DNA from: Bugula neritina
Taxonomy: Eukaryota > Animalia > Bryozoa
Length of the DNA: 64,000 bases
Direction of reading: 5' to 3'
NCBI GenBank assembly: GCA_964035545.1
Contig: OZ037769.1
Span: forward strand, 6,739,929-6,803,928
In this document: piece after piece, positions 45,570 to 61,615 of the stretch
How positions within the stretch are numbered: position 1 is the stretch's first letter
Layout of the letters: each line of letters begins with the position of its first letter
Notes under the pieces: model-generated
Told to the model about the DNA's origin: nothing
Database searches by the model: none
Seen by the model: the letters and a program-made list of their open reading frames with translations, nothing else
Program-made: the position numbers and the translations under genes

Positions 45570-48500
45570 TTAGCTGAATCATCTCGATCACTATGTTACA
45601 ATAATATATTGAAAATGCCTCAGCACAACATAATTCTTTGTTTGTTTGGCAGAGTTAATTTCAGCTAAATCAAGTAGGCAACACCCATGCCACCCACAGA
45701 GCAATAATGTAGCAAGAACTTAAACTAAATTGTCAGTGAAATTAATGATATTCTTAGTGAGTATGCCTGTGTGTAGCCTACTAATTTTTTGACTAATGGA
45801 CCTTCGAATCAATGGGCCTTCGGAATATTGACTAGTCACCCTTTAAATAAACTTTGACAATGGTGTGTTATTTTCTTCACAAGTAGGGCCTATATCATAA
45901 CTCTCCAATCATATGAATCTTTACGAAGCCCACAGGTCATGTAAGGGTGACAATGTAATTTGGAACTAAAAATTTAATTGCTGCATTGTGTTTAAAGTAT
46001 ATTATGGAGCAAAATTTGGTTTTACTAGCCTATAACCCCAACAGCATTCTACAATGCATGTAACTCTACCCCAGTTTATTGATAACAGGTTGCACTGCTG
46101 GAGTTTTGCTGATGTTTATTTAACTAACTGGTAACCAACGTGAAACTACAATAATAAAATTTAATAATAGAGATATTGATGAAAAGAAAAATTAAACATA
46201 AAACATTACAAAATTGCTGCATAACATTAACAATGGTCAACATACCTCTATTACCCTTCCTGGGGAGAGTTAGAATTAAATATATATTGTGATAGTGAAA
46301 GTTTAATCAAATAAAGAATGACTAGTTAGAACTGCAACAGTCAGTATAGAGAAATGAAGGCATAAAAAAACCTTGGCTATTATAACTTCTGGCTACAAGC
46401 TATAAAAAGCTGACAGCTATTCTGTTAGCAAAATCATTGCATTGTAATAGTGAAAACAAAGCTATTTGTGGTTTTAAAAAAGCTGTGGCTGTGTGAGTAG
46501 CTAAGTGAGTAGCTAAGTGAGTATAAGGGTGAATGGTGATGAATTGTCCTGTGCCGCTGTATGTAATAGTGTGTAATATAATAAAAAATGATCGAAACGC
46601 TACAATGCAGCTTATATGCTGGCAGTTGTAACAACTACTGTCAATAGCAAGGTTATTATCACCGCTAGCTCTGTGCAGTATGTAACCTCTTGAATAATTG
46701 CGCAATCTTAAACTCTTGGAAGTTGGCCAAGTTATCATATCGCAGCCAGCCGCTGGAGACAAAGCATCGCAGCTATTCATATAATATTATACTGATGCAC
46801 TTGGTAGCAGAGTGGCTAATCTATTATAGTTCATTATGGTTCAACACCCTTTACTTTGGGAATACAGCCTCTTTTTTTTAGGTTTACCTAACAAAGCATG
46901 AAAATATCTAAACTGATATTCTGATAATTTAGAGGTACATTTTGAAAACTAGGTTAATTGCACTTGTTTGCACAACAACAATAATAAAATATATATTATG
47001 CAGTATAATAAAAACGCACATAATACTATATAATATATTATAATGATAATAATATAATATTATAAGTACCATTACTGCATTTTATAACTCGGATGGTTGC
47101 CAAAAAAATGTATCACAAATTCTGTAATTATACATCAAAAATAGAACTAGCTATAAGGCAGCAGGTTAGAATAGAGTAAATTTTCAAAACATGAAATCAT
47201 GATTTGACTATTGTTTTATTTAGGCCAACCAACCTAGGAATACTAGATCGGGTTTTAGCTGACAGTTTATAACATTTAGCTTTTGAGCCAGCAGCACTGG
47301 CACTTGTGAAATATAGGCAAAGTTGGTGAAGCGAGACTAACGAGCACTCAAATACAAGGCATAATATTGAGATACAATAACAAGTCAGGAGCGTATAAAT
47401 TAGAAAGAATGTGGAAGGGGGACTATGTTTTTCAACAAGCTATAACTTAAACATGAATTGGCTTTTGAAAAAAATAAAAAAGTGTATTGGAGAACATAAG
47501 TTTCTTTATCTTTTCATATTTTTTTTGTTCCTGTGACATTCAACCTGTTCGAGCTATCAGTGGAACATTGTTCATATAGAACATAAAGCACCTGGCAAAG
47601 AGCCAGAAACTGAAAAAGCATGACCTTAAACTAACTGTGGCCTTCTCATTAGGGTCAATATTGAATACATGCATGATAGTCTTACAACTGACCAGACTAG
47701 GAGAATGTAGGTTGGGTGAGTTCCTATATAAAGTTCTGTTGAATTAGTATCCTGCAGATAGCTCCTAGAATCCATGTACTGCAGGCCCACTGTATCAATT
47801 AAGCTGCTTTTAAATACAGATATCTTTTCGGCAGGCAAGTATCGCTATAACAAAAGGAAAGGCATGCTATGGTTTTATATGCTTTATTTTGTTACTCATT
47901 TCTATATGTTTTGCTTACATGAGCTTTTGCAAGCATTTAAAGTATATTATATAGAAAAGCATTTTTATTGGACACAAATCCAGGACATTGCACTGTTTTT
48001 AGTCGGCATTGCATCATAAGCTATTTTAGCTATGACATCATACCTATGTAATAAGTGTCACAAAACTATGGTAGCAGTGTGCTGAGCTCAAAAAATCTGG
48101 TAGTCAAAGTTTTATAGACAAGCAGCATACTGCTTGCTAGAGTTGTGGATGTAAGTAAACTTTATTCCACCCCTTTCCTCCCCCAAGATATACACAGATC
48201 AACTTGTGGAAATGAACTATCTTGTAAACACAACTTATATCTCAGTATTTATAGTAAACAGAAAAACTCTAGTACATTCTCAAGCATTCCAGTATAGAAA
48301 ATTCTAATAGAAAACATTCCCCACATGTCAATACTATTCAGATAGAAAATCAAAACAAAACAAAACATTGGAATTTCCATGGTTATTTGGCAGTTATTTC
48401 GCAGCACCTTGTTTACATTGCTGGGCAGCAGTTAACATGATCAATGAAAACAATAACATGATGAACAATGACCATCTCTTTTATCAGTCTAGAATATTCA

Positions 48501-49589
48501 GGAATATTCTTTTGAAATCATTGGGAAAAAACGTGAAGTCCATAGGTACATGTACACTCAGAATTTGTAACAATAATCTACATTCTTAAACATACTAAGT
48601 ATTGTCTTATCTGAACATGTCCATAGTCACAATGACAGTGCAATTCTTCAACTTTGTCCATTCATTGTTTACATTATTATGCATCGTTTTAATTGTTCTG
48701 CCCACATATAATTATAATATTTGGCTTCATATTATTCATGCCTGTGTTTTGTCACATGACCACCTTGCATCTTGATGATTGTTTTAACCTAATGATTCTC
48801 GCACTCAGTCAACTTTTCTCTCATGGCTTATAAATTCTAAATAAATAATATGAATGATGACTATGCATGATTGTAATAAACTAATGACTATGATTTGCTT
48901 GGTTCCCCAACTAAATAAACAATCAAATTGATTCCTTCATCGCAGCTTTTTAATCTTTTTTGTTTTCTTGTATCATAAAATAAATTTTCTACCAAACATT
49001 ATGTTGTATAAAGTCATCAAGATCCCAGTTTGCAAAAGATTAGCATGTGAAAAAACCTCACTTCATAGTTTATTAATTCAACTGAAACATGCATGAGTGA
49101 TAAATATTTAGATAATTTGATAAATTATTCTACTAATTCTATTAATGGATTATTCTAAAGATATGTGTTACCTATAATGTAGTCATATTGTATTCTTCTA
49201 ACAATCACCAAGTAACCAATTAACATTCTGCCAATCTGCTGCATCTTTGTATATAACTTATACATAGTGACCTACAATAAAATTTGGCAATGATGTGACT
49301 TTAATTTTATTAAAAAATTGAAAAAGAATGAACTAAATCACTTATGCGGATGTGATAATATGTCAGATATGCTTCAGTAGTACTTAGGTTTATCTATCAA
49401 ATGGCTGTTTAATAGCATACATCATAGCAATATAGTATATCAACGAAATATTAATATATAGCCAGTCTAAAATTTAATGAATGGTTTAATGTGTTTTTAT
49501 CAGCTCATGCTTTTCAAAATAAGTATTATGAAGAGTGTAACCTACAGTTTAAATTACTAAATAATAGTTACTTATTACCTCATTTCTCA

Positions 49590-50045
49590 AGTACATACTT
49601 AGCTATAATATTTTGTATATTCAAAGTGTGGTAAAAATAGTAAACATATAACATGTTTAAATTATCTAAATTTATATGTATATTGTAATATATACTGAGC
49701 AAAGCAATGTAATAATGATCCTACTTCATTATATATTGCGGTGGGTACAAGGATATATAGTGTTTCAAATATTAAAATAACTTTTCAAAACGTAAATATG
49801 CATTCAAACCTAGTGACGTCTACATGAAATAGCTATTAGCATTAAGCTGGTTATAACAATATGATTAAAACACTAATATTATATGAATAACTTACCAATA
49901 GTCTCTGAAACATAGCTTCTAAATCACTGGACAAACTATGACACCTTCTAATTCAAAGTATGAGAAATCAATAGATAATTGTAATGCCAGTCTGCTTTAT
50001 ATATGAAGCATTGAATGAATCATAATGGAATTCCCAAGTGCTAGA
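49590..50045. repeat. Direct-orientation paralog of the Gypsy insertion locus (34780-34975 + 42885-43113), lacking the element
   Basis: Shared blocks tacatacttxgctata, taaatatgcattcaaa, attaagctggttataa, aaatcactggacaaactatgacaccttctaattcaaagtatgagaaa, cccaagtgctag. Confidence 0.8.
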
Positions 50046-50126
50046 ACTTGCGGATCACGACTAGTCATCTTATAGCCAATCACAATCAACACTGCCTTGT
50101 AAGGCACAAATTTTACTAAATTTTAA

Positions 50127-50815
50127 CCCTTTCGCGATCAACTTTGAAGTTACGTAATTTTGTGCCTCGTTTGAGTTTATCGCGAATTTTGCTAGCAAAT
50201 TTTGCATAACTTTCAATTTCATTATTAAAAGTTAAACTTGACTTTGGCCTTAAATAAACTGGTTATTATAACTTTAGGAGTATTTTCTATTATAAAAAGC
50301 TTCTTAAAGTGACGGGAGACCTTAATTCTAGCTAAAATCAGTCATTCTAATTTGACCTCTCAGAACCGCCATTTTAAAATTGAAAACTCAAAATGATAAA
50401 ATTAATTTATAATATGATTCAAAATATAGTGACTTTAACATTTCTGTTTATTTAGATGTTCTTCTAAATGTTATCTGAATAAAATAAACTGGCTCTCTAT
50501 AATTTGACAGCAGTTTCTTGCATTTGAAAGTAGCGTTAAAATTTACCGATAATTTTGAAATTCAAGGATTAAATTGAAAAGCCACTAGCTGGCTTGGTAG
50601 CTATTAATTTAATCAAATTTAATGGCTATAATTATCCCAAAATTACCAAGCTGCAGTATCAGCATCAATTACAAAAAATTTTAGGCTGTTAGGTTGAAAA
50701 CTTGAAGTTTAAAGTAAGCGCTATTGTTTGTTTACCTAAAAGACCATATATGGTCTATTGATCTGTGGATAGTGTCGCTTTGAGGGACATATATGGTCCA
50801 TTGATCGCGTAAGGG
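50127..50815. mobile_element. Non-autonomous piggyBac-like element
   Basis: TTAA|CCCTTTCGCGATCAA ... TTGATCGCGTAAGGG 15-bp TIR with 1 mismatch; subterminal direct repeats catatatggtcyattgatc; right TSD degraded. Confidence 0.6.
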
Positions 50816-52900
50816 AAAATGGAAGAAGAGCCTGCTTTCTATATAAGGAACTGTTGAAAGAAGTTATATTCATGAAATGTAAACTTCTCTCTTCACAAAA
50901 TGTACAAAATAAAAAGTTTTGTTTACAACAGCTATTAAGCTGCAATCTTGTTAGAAAATGTCCGGGTTTCACAGCTTGGGAGCTGACTTTATTGTATAGA
51001 ATTATCCAACTGCCATACCATACTGAGTTCATTGTTATCTCCTTTTATAGGCTGAGTCCATGGTAAGGTCTAATCAACCTATAGCTGTTAGGTGTATGAA
51101 ACTATAAACATATGCAAACAGATATTTAAATGTTTTAGGCTATAATAATGTAATTAATATTAATTTATCAGTTGACTATATGCTAACTGATCAGAGAAAC
51201 CAGCAGAAGCTGTGAGATCTCAAGACACTTTAATTCATGAGAACTGTACAGGCTGTACACTATCTGCAGCACACAACTACCTGATCTATTCTAAGGTGCT
51301 GCCGTGAGCTGCCTGAACTCAAATGGTATTATTTGGTAGAACAGGCAGGTTATATACAGCACACAATCTGATGGTTGCAATCAATATTGAATAACTGAAA
51401 TTGTAACACTGTGACAGAAAAGAAGCTACTAATTTGTGAATTCAGACAATCTATATTATTATTATAAAATGTAATGCATACATGTAGTTGTATTTAGATA
51501 CTTGGTCATAAATAATACAGACTATAACTGTGTCAATGGAGTTGTGCAGAAACTTTATTTCTAGAAGAATTCTTTTGGGCCGTTTTTGTGTAATATTATA
51601 AAAACATACAAACTGCCCATTCAAGTTTGTTTTTAAGAAGCAGATTAATCATACTATACGGCCAGTGATGATTGTTATGAATTTGATAGCTACACCCTAG
51701 CAATAACTTAAACAAATGCTGCTTTACTTGAACTGTAATTAAAGTGTTTAACAAGTACTGTTTTTATGGTTACTAATACTTGTGATTCATATATCTATAG
51801 TTTTCAAACATGTCATACCTGCAGTACATTCACCATTATATGGTGTGTTTATGACAGCCATAGCAGAACTTCAAAGTTTTGGTGCTGTATATTTACTGTG
51901 GCCACCTTTGGCCACCTTTCACCAACGTGGTCCTGCGTGGGTGGCGGGGCTGTATATTTACTGTATATGTATGATAAAATATTAAATAAAGTTAGTATAT
52001 TGACTGATTTTGCAAATGTATTGCTAGGAACGCACAAATTTAAATTATTATATGCATTTTTATATACTACTTTTTATACAAATTCATAAAGCTAACATGT
52101 GATTTTTATAATGAAGAACTTCTTTTTTGAGAAATGGTAGTAAGCCAATAATTTTGAAGCACCTTTTAATTCTAGCTCAGTTTGTTGATTTTATTAAACT
52201 TGAGCTGTTAATTTTAATTTGTACATCATTTTAGCTTATGCGTAGCTGTACTGATTTTAGGAAATATATACAATGGTGCATTGTTTTAGAAACGGACAGA
52301 GAAAATGCATGTAGCCAAAGGGTCATCATTTTCTACAACTAAGTTTTCACGGGAACACCAAAACATTTCAACGTAAGCTGAATGTACATAGGAACAACAT
52401 CAGGTGATTTAACAATATTATATTACATATTAAAATATATTATACGAAGCATTATTTGTATTATGATGCAAAAATTATGCAATAAAAGCTGTGTTCAAAC
52501 TTTGCCTTATATAAAGTAAAGTTTTTAAAACTCTATGTTATACTTGCGGCATGGCTACATCTCACTTAGTACTATTAGTTAGCTTACTAAATTATATTAG
52601 GTATTGTGGAGGAAATGCTAATGCTATAGTAGAGTTATCTTTTCATGCACTTTATTTTTATACTTTATGTAAGCTGGATTATGTAATTCCATCGATCATC
52701 TGACAGAATGAGAACAAAGAACCTCTTTGTGTATAAAAGAAGGCAGTGCATGTAGAATCATTCTACTACTAGCTGGAGCTTGCCGTATAAACACTACCTT
52801 TGCCAAGCTACTATTGTAATAATTTTATGCGTAGAGTGTTATGATTCGCTGCATGCAATTATAGGTGTGGGTTGTTAGCTGATTGAACACAGTGACTCTT

Positions 52901-53534
52901 TGTAGGAGGGTATTTATGCACAATAAATAAGAAACGTAATACTCACAATCCCCTTTATTTTACTCCATAATATATATAAATCCAAAAATAGCAGTTAGGG
53001 AGGACAACTCCTTACATGTATGGAAAACTCACTAGTAAACTGGTAAACAAAGTATAAGATAATTAACTAAGTGTGTTATTGTCCTGGCTTGGTAGCTCCG
53101 AGATGTGTCCTGTTGTGCTGCTGGCTGAAGACTGACTCTACTGTGTTGAGGGCCTCCTTTTATACGTTGGGAAACATTCCCACTAGAATGTTCCGAGCGA
53201 ATTCGAGGGAATTCGCTCGAATCGCAGGGGATTCGCAAGGCTAGAATAAAGGGATCGCTCGAATCGAGCGAACTTCGCAGGGAAATCTCGGTTATCTTGA
53301 TTATATAAGTGTTCCTGTGAGGCGTCAGAAACAATAGCTAATCCAGTCACGTCAGTAGTAATAAGTAGCTGGGAATAATAGCTAATCCCATCATTGCCAA
53401 CATAACACTTAGCTGTTACAATACTATGGCTATGTAATGATGTATATCTAAGAAAACACGCATTCCATGGGAATGAAGATAATAATAGTAAGGGGAATAC
53501 AAGCATTAGTTATACTATACACAATTTTACCACA
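52901..53534 (-). mobile_element. Probable solo LTR (~634 bp)
   Basis: TGT...ACA ends flanked by ctctt/ctatt (5-bp TSD, 1 mismatch); on the minus strand a CpG-rich repeat block, then TATAAAAGG, then AATAAA, in LTR order. Confidence 0.5.
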
Positions 53535-53941
53535 CTATTCTACTAATAAAGATTAATTCACAGCTTGTTCTTACTATATTGGAGTTATGCTCCCCACTTA
53601 AACTGCATTCTACCCTCAAAACTACTACAGTATTGCATAAAGCAAACTTGCATTACAATTCATTAATGAAATTAAATATCTTCAACATGTTCAAGGATCT
53701 CAAGTGTAACTGGGTACAGAATTCAACTCCATGATTAATTTGAATGTTTTAGGTTGTTCAGTTCACCACAGGACACTCAAACCATACTGTTAGTTTAAAA
53801 CTGTTAATCCACCGAATCATAATAGCATTTCTGTGCATGTGTTGAATGGCTCAGTTTTCTTTCCGTTTTGTGCTCACTAGAATTTTACAGCACATAAAAG
53901 GAACTGATAGTCATTTAAAATAGATTATATAATCTATTTTA

Positions 53942-53944
<3 letters not shown>

Positions 53945-54012
<68 letters not shown>
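53945..54012. repeat. (TA)n microsatellite
   Basis: Directly visible. Confidence 0.95.
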
Positions 54013-54015
<3 letters not shown>

Positions 54016-54503
54016 TACAGGACTGAGATGTACCCAATTATCAATTATCATAAATAATTCTTGTTATAAATTCTATTCAAATTACTCATAATATGCTAAG
54101 ACTAAGGAAGCTCTATATATATGCTGATGTGCCATTGTAATAACCTAAAGAAAAACTTATTATGGAAACTGCACATTGAGGAATTTGGGAAATTTTTTTA
54201 CCCAATCTCTTATTACAACACATGATAAACTTTGACATCATTGTTTGTAGAAAGAATAAACCAATAAAGCCTATCGTCTTTATTTAATGCATGAGAAATG
54301 ATCAATCTTGGAGAGGGGCTGTACTGAACTCCCTCATGCAATTCATAATTTACAAACAATTGGAAGTAATAATCAATGCAAACATACCATAAACAAACTA
54401 ATGCTATTAGTAACCATGCAGGAAGTGGTGATATACTCTTATCAAATTCATTGCAGTTCAAACTATTTGATGGAGATAGTAATGATGCTTCTATATAACC
54501 ATG

Positions 54504-54712
54504 CAGTGCTCCCTCTGTATCTCACTAGACACTCCGGGTCCGAAACCTCATTTCCCAACATAGTGGGATACCAGATTTAACTCACAGATCTGTTAAATTT
54601 GGCTATTTCGTCCTTATACATACATAAGCCATAAAACGGGGTCCAGACCCTAATTCTCATGACCTAAGGTATTTTTCGAGAACTGGGTCTGTGAGATATG
54701 GAGGGAGCACTG
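54504..54712. mobile_element. Tc1/mariner-pogo-type MITE (~209 bp)
   Basis: TIRs cagtgctccctctgtatctcac / gtgagatatggagggagcactg; TA on the right flank, TG on the left. Confidence 0.7.
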
Positions 54713-56765
54713 TAGGCTACAGTTGGTGGTTTCATATGCAGCACTCTAACCAACATGTTTCAGATAAAAACAATACAAATTCTAGCAATTAGTTATTTTC
54801 ATGAGAGATCAAATAGACAAAGTATAAAGTATAATGAATTTTAACATCAATATTGAAGTAGGCAGGTCGAGATACTGATTCAGTAAGGGTATTGAGGTGA
54901 TGTTAGTAACAGCATGAATGCTCACAACCAATACTTCTGCATGTTGATCAGCAGTAAAAACACATGTTGGGAATAACCCCCTAAACACACTTTGCCGTAT
55001 TGTACGCTGTAATGTAAAATATCAGCCATTATAAAAATGTCTGAGCTTCCTGTATGGCGTTGCAGTATATGAATTTTCACTGGTGTATTCTTATGTATAC
55101 ATTTACACTTGGCTTACAACCTATCGACATTTTAGACACTGGGTTGATGCACATCTATGCCTCTATACCTCTACACCATCAATACTGAGAGCAATAACAG
55201 ACTTCGTTAAAAAAAACAAATTGTAAATACAAAGCTAACACTTATACATGTGTAAACATAAGATAAAGCTTCAAAACTGTGTCGTATAGCAAACCAAAAA
55301 CATGGTGTAGTTAATTACATCAAATATTATGAAAACTGGAGAAGCTCACTTGTTTAGCCTGTTTACTAACACATTTTAGCCAAGTGGCTTTAAGAGCAAG
55401 TTTGTCTGCAAAAAGCTAAAGGAATAGCTTTGCTTAGTTCTGTTCACCATTACAATTAAATTTGCAACATTTTTTCTATTTTTTAAGATCAAGACAAGAT
55501 TAATAGAAAATGGTCAAACTAGCCATTAAATCATTTCATGGGTTATGAGAAACTTGAGCTACCTATATTATAGCTGTTGATAAATGATTATATCCACTAA
55601 ACCCAGACTTCATTAAACTATTAAATACATCAATAGTAATTGTAAATGTGCATTTAGAAAAATGCATAGACGTAATAAATTGCTTTACATATAAGTGACC
55701 CCTTGTGAATACTGTTGCTTTCAGAGCATTGAAACTAAACAAGATAAGTGTAGCATCTTTACTGTGGGGGGGGGGGGGGGGTGGGGGTAGAGCATAACTT
55801 CTTCCATTCAAAAAATTATCTTCAGCCTATTTTGTTGACTAAATTTGTGTAATCAATGGTCTAGACTCTATAGTTATATCTGGGTATACACTGATCCGAA
55901 TATCAAATAACTTAGATGTCTTAGTAGAACTATTCAGTAAAGGTGTAAAGGCTATTAACCCCAGAAATCTTGTCATCAGAATAAGGAATAATCATTTGAT
56001 GTTTAACCCATGCATCAACTATTTATAGTGATGAATTGAAGGAACAGCAATTTTATTTCTAAGCTATATTCAAATGTTTATTAATCAGCTAGCCACTGAA
56101 TATTTACTTCTTTCAATGAAAGTTGGGTCATTTTACTTTATTTAGTACACACCAGCAAATTAGGACCAACAATTGAAATTGGTTAATAGTCATACTACAA
56201 TTTAACAGGTTTCGTATGATTATTACATATCATTTATAGGAAAAAAGGCTGAGAGGGAAACCTTCAATATTAAAGTGTATTTAGTTGCCATATTGGTAAC
56301 AAAATGTGGTTGCTGACTAGTATGAAAAAGCCATGATGTCTGCATATCCCAATTTACTAAAAAATTAGGAAAAAATATAGAAAGTCAATCGAAATTAGAA
56401 AAAAAACTTTAAATATTTATAGTTGTATTTGTTAATATTCTATTAGTTTAGGGCAAAAAACAAATATAATTCCAGCATAAATTGTGAAAAATAGCCAAAA
56501 ATTAGAGATATTCAGTTTGTACTAACTAAATTAAGTAAAACTACCCATGCAGACACAAAAATGGGCTCTGGAGTTCCAGAAATGGTTTCCATGATTAGCA
56601 TGCAGATGACTATGACAGTCTGGCTTCAAGTCCCAAGACACAGCTATATATCGTTGGACCGAAAAAAATATGAGCTAAATTTACAGCTCATATACTGCTT
56701 ACAGACGATTTAGCACATTTATATAGGTGTAATAACTTTTATAATAACATTGCAAGTCTAAAATT

Positions 56766-56970
56766 GAGAGCAGCAGTAGTCTAGGCATTAGAGTGTTGGC
56801 TTAGTAAACATGAAGTCATGGGTTCGAACCCCAGTAAAGGCTATTGCTGATGTTTGGAAGAGCATCCAGTCATACTTGCTCCTGTGCCTCATCTGAATAA
56901 GTCATTAGCCTGATTTAACCAAAAAACTCTTCCATCAGGGTTTTCTCACAGGGATGGCGACTATAAACTT
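56766..56970 (+). mobile_element. tRNA-derived SINE
   Basis: A-box-like tagtctaggcattag and B-box ggttcgaaccc at tRNA spacing, followed by a non-tRNA body and a short ttataag repeat tail; no intact cloverleaf. Confidence 0.55.
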
Positions 56971-57875
56971 ATTATAAGTTTATAAGATTATAAGTTTAAA
57001 ATTAACCCTGTTACCCGAACAGGACAAAGCGGAGATAGGTGAGAATAGGTGAGCATAAGTTTAAAATTAACAGACTCATGATATATAAGTATCAAACAGT
57101 TTTGTAGCTCACCAAAAGTATTTTTGTAAACTTCCTTGAACTGCTAAATTTACATATGACTCAGCTTTTTATAATCTTGCCATACAGTATAAATATTTAA
57201 CAAATGATATAATGGAAATATGGAATATACCTATAGGAGGAAGTACAACTTGTGACTACATGGCATCATGCTAGTTGGTGAATTGGGAATTCCCAACTTT
57301 AGCAGTATTTAAAATAAATTTGTAGTCGTGTCACATCACATTTATGATCAACCATCACCAGGAGAAACTGTAAGTATATTATAGCTAGTGCCTAGCACTA
57401 AAAACTGAAGAAATTCTGAGTTGTTAAGCTAATAGCTTCATGTTTTTTACAACATTTTTCTAAGTTTTATAGTTTAGTATATTATAAATCTTGTAATTAT
57501 AAGTTACATTGATTTTTCTTTTAAACAATTCAAATGCAAAGTAAATTGATTTAACTTTTGAGGCTGGCTTATAGTAATGGAGAAATTGGGAAATTAGCCT
57601 GTACATATTCTAGATCAGAATGTAGCAAAAAAGTTATGTTCTCGTAAGATGTTCAACCCATGCCCCAAACCAAAATTTAATAAAAAGTGTAAAGAACTTA
57701 GGCTATCTCAATTTCTCCACCACCCCCCCCCCACCCCCCCTTACTGCTACTATACATATATACATATTTTGCCCATGGTTCATCAATTATGTAGGGTGCA
57801 CAACTCCAAAACACACATTTTTGTATCTCCAACACTTGAATTCTGTTCCAGTTTTAAATTTATAAATTATCGCTA

Positions 57876-60312
<2,437 letters not shown>

Positions 60313-60315
60313 CAG

Positions 60316-60323
60316 ATATATAG

Positions 60324-60368
<45 letters not shown>

Positions 60369-60379
60369 CATGTGTGTGT

Positions 60380-60433
<54 letters not shown>

Positions 60434-60443
60434 GCGCGTGTGT
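60316..60443. repeat. Compound microsatellite (TA)n(TG)n(TGCG)n
   Basis: Directly visible; abuts the 5' truncation point of the PLE. Confidence 0.95.
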
Positions 60444-61615
60444 TGATAGGATGCAATCTTCCGCTCTGATGCCAGTCAACATTTATATAATCACTGCGTT
60501 TCTATGAAAGCGAATGAATGCGTACGGATGCCTGTACCGATTACATCCAAGGAAAAACCACGCCTTCCTATGCAATCCGTACAAAGCTTTCTTCTCTTTG
60601 CAATTGTGCCAGCTGAATTAAAATTTGAAAATAATATGGCCAACTTTGAGTCAGTGTTTATGCCCAATGACCATGTAATTACTGCTTCAACCCCCATTTT
60701 TACTAGATTAAGTTTAGTAGTTACATTACATAAACTTGAAATAAATTTATTTTAAATTAAAAAAGCACAAACCAATGACAGCATAAAGTATCTTGCGGCA
60801 GGTAAACTAAAGTTTAAAAGTCATTTAAATTTTCAAAATAAAAATAGCTGTCAATTTATTTTGGCTTAGAAATGTTTTGGCATACGGAAAAGTTTTATAA
60901 ATTTAAACTGATTAGTAATTATTTTAAATAATAGCAGCTAAGATAAATAAAATAGTTTAAGTTGTTATGAGCTGAAATATACTTTAGCGTAGGTTGTAAC
61001 TTATAATTATTGTTTACACCGCGTAACTATGTAACTAGCCGCCACTGTCTCTGATCTCTGCCTCCGGCACAAAAGGTTTCATTCGATTCAAATAAAGGAA
61101 CCATTTCTATCATCCGCATAATGCGATTGAATTTCTGGCTGTGGTTTTGCTTCGATGCAACTAGTTTCATGGGGCGAATGAAAAAATATATTCACATAAT
61201 GTGATGATAAAAACGTAGTGATTATATTTATGAATGTTCATATACTAGTAATTGTATTCTCTCTTAGGGCTATAATTATCAAGAGTGAATAACTTCCAAT
61301 GTTTTGTAGGAATACTTTGTTATATTACCCACTATCATTTACAGTTTACTTGCTCCTTCTCTTTTTACTTAGGTATACATAAAATATAAAAGTCTTGTAA
61401 ACTAAAACTCTACATATTTTATCTCAATAATTAACATAAATGAGATTGCATCAGCCTCCAACTCAACAATGTATACCGCTACATTAAATTCTTATTTGTT
61501 CTTATAATATTAATAAGCTGCCAAGTATTTGAGTAGATTCACCATTAAATGTAATTTCTTTACTTTTGCAGAAAGAGACAGAGTGTTCCGTTTAGCACCA
61601 TCAATTACTGCAGGC

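Noticed and set aside
46400-52089. Short ORFs and exon-like patches (46400-46780, 47626-47838, 51766-52089)
   Set aside because: No recognisable homology or consistent splice path; an unrecognised gene or lncRNA cannot be excluded.
56766-56845. tRNA gene
   Set aside because: B-box present but no convincing acceptor stem or cloverleaf, and it continues into a SINE-like body.
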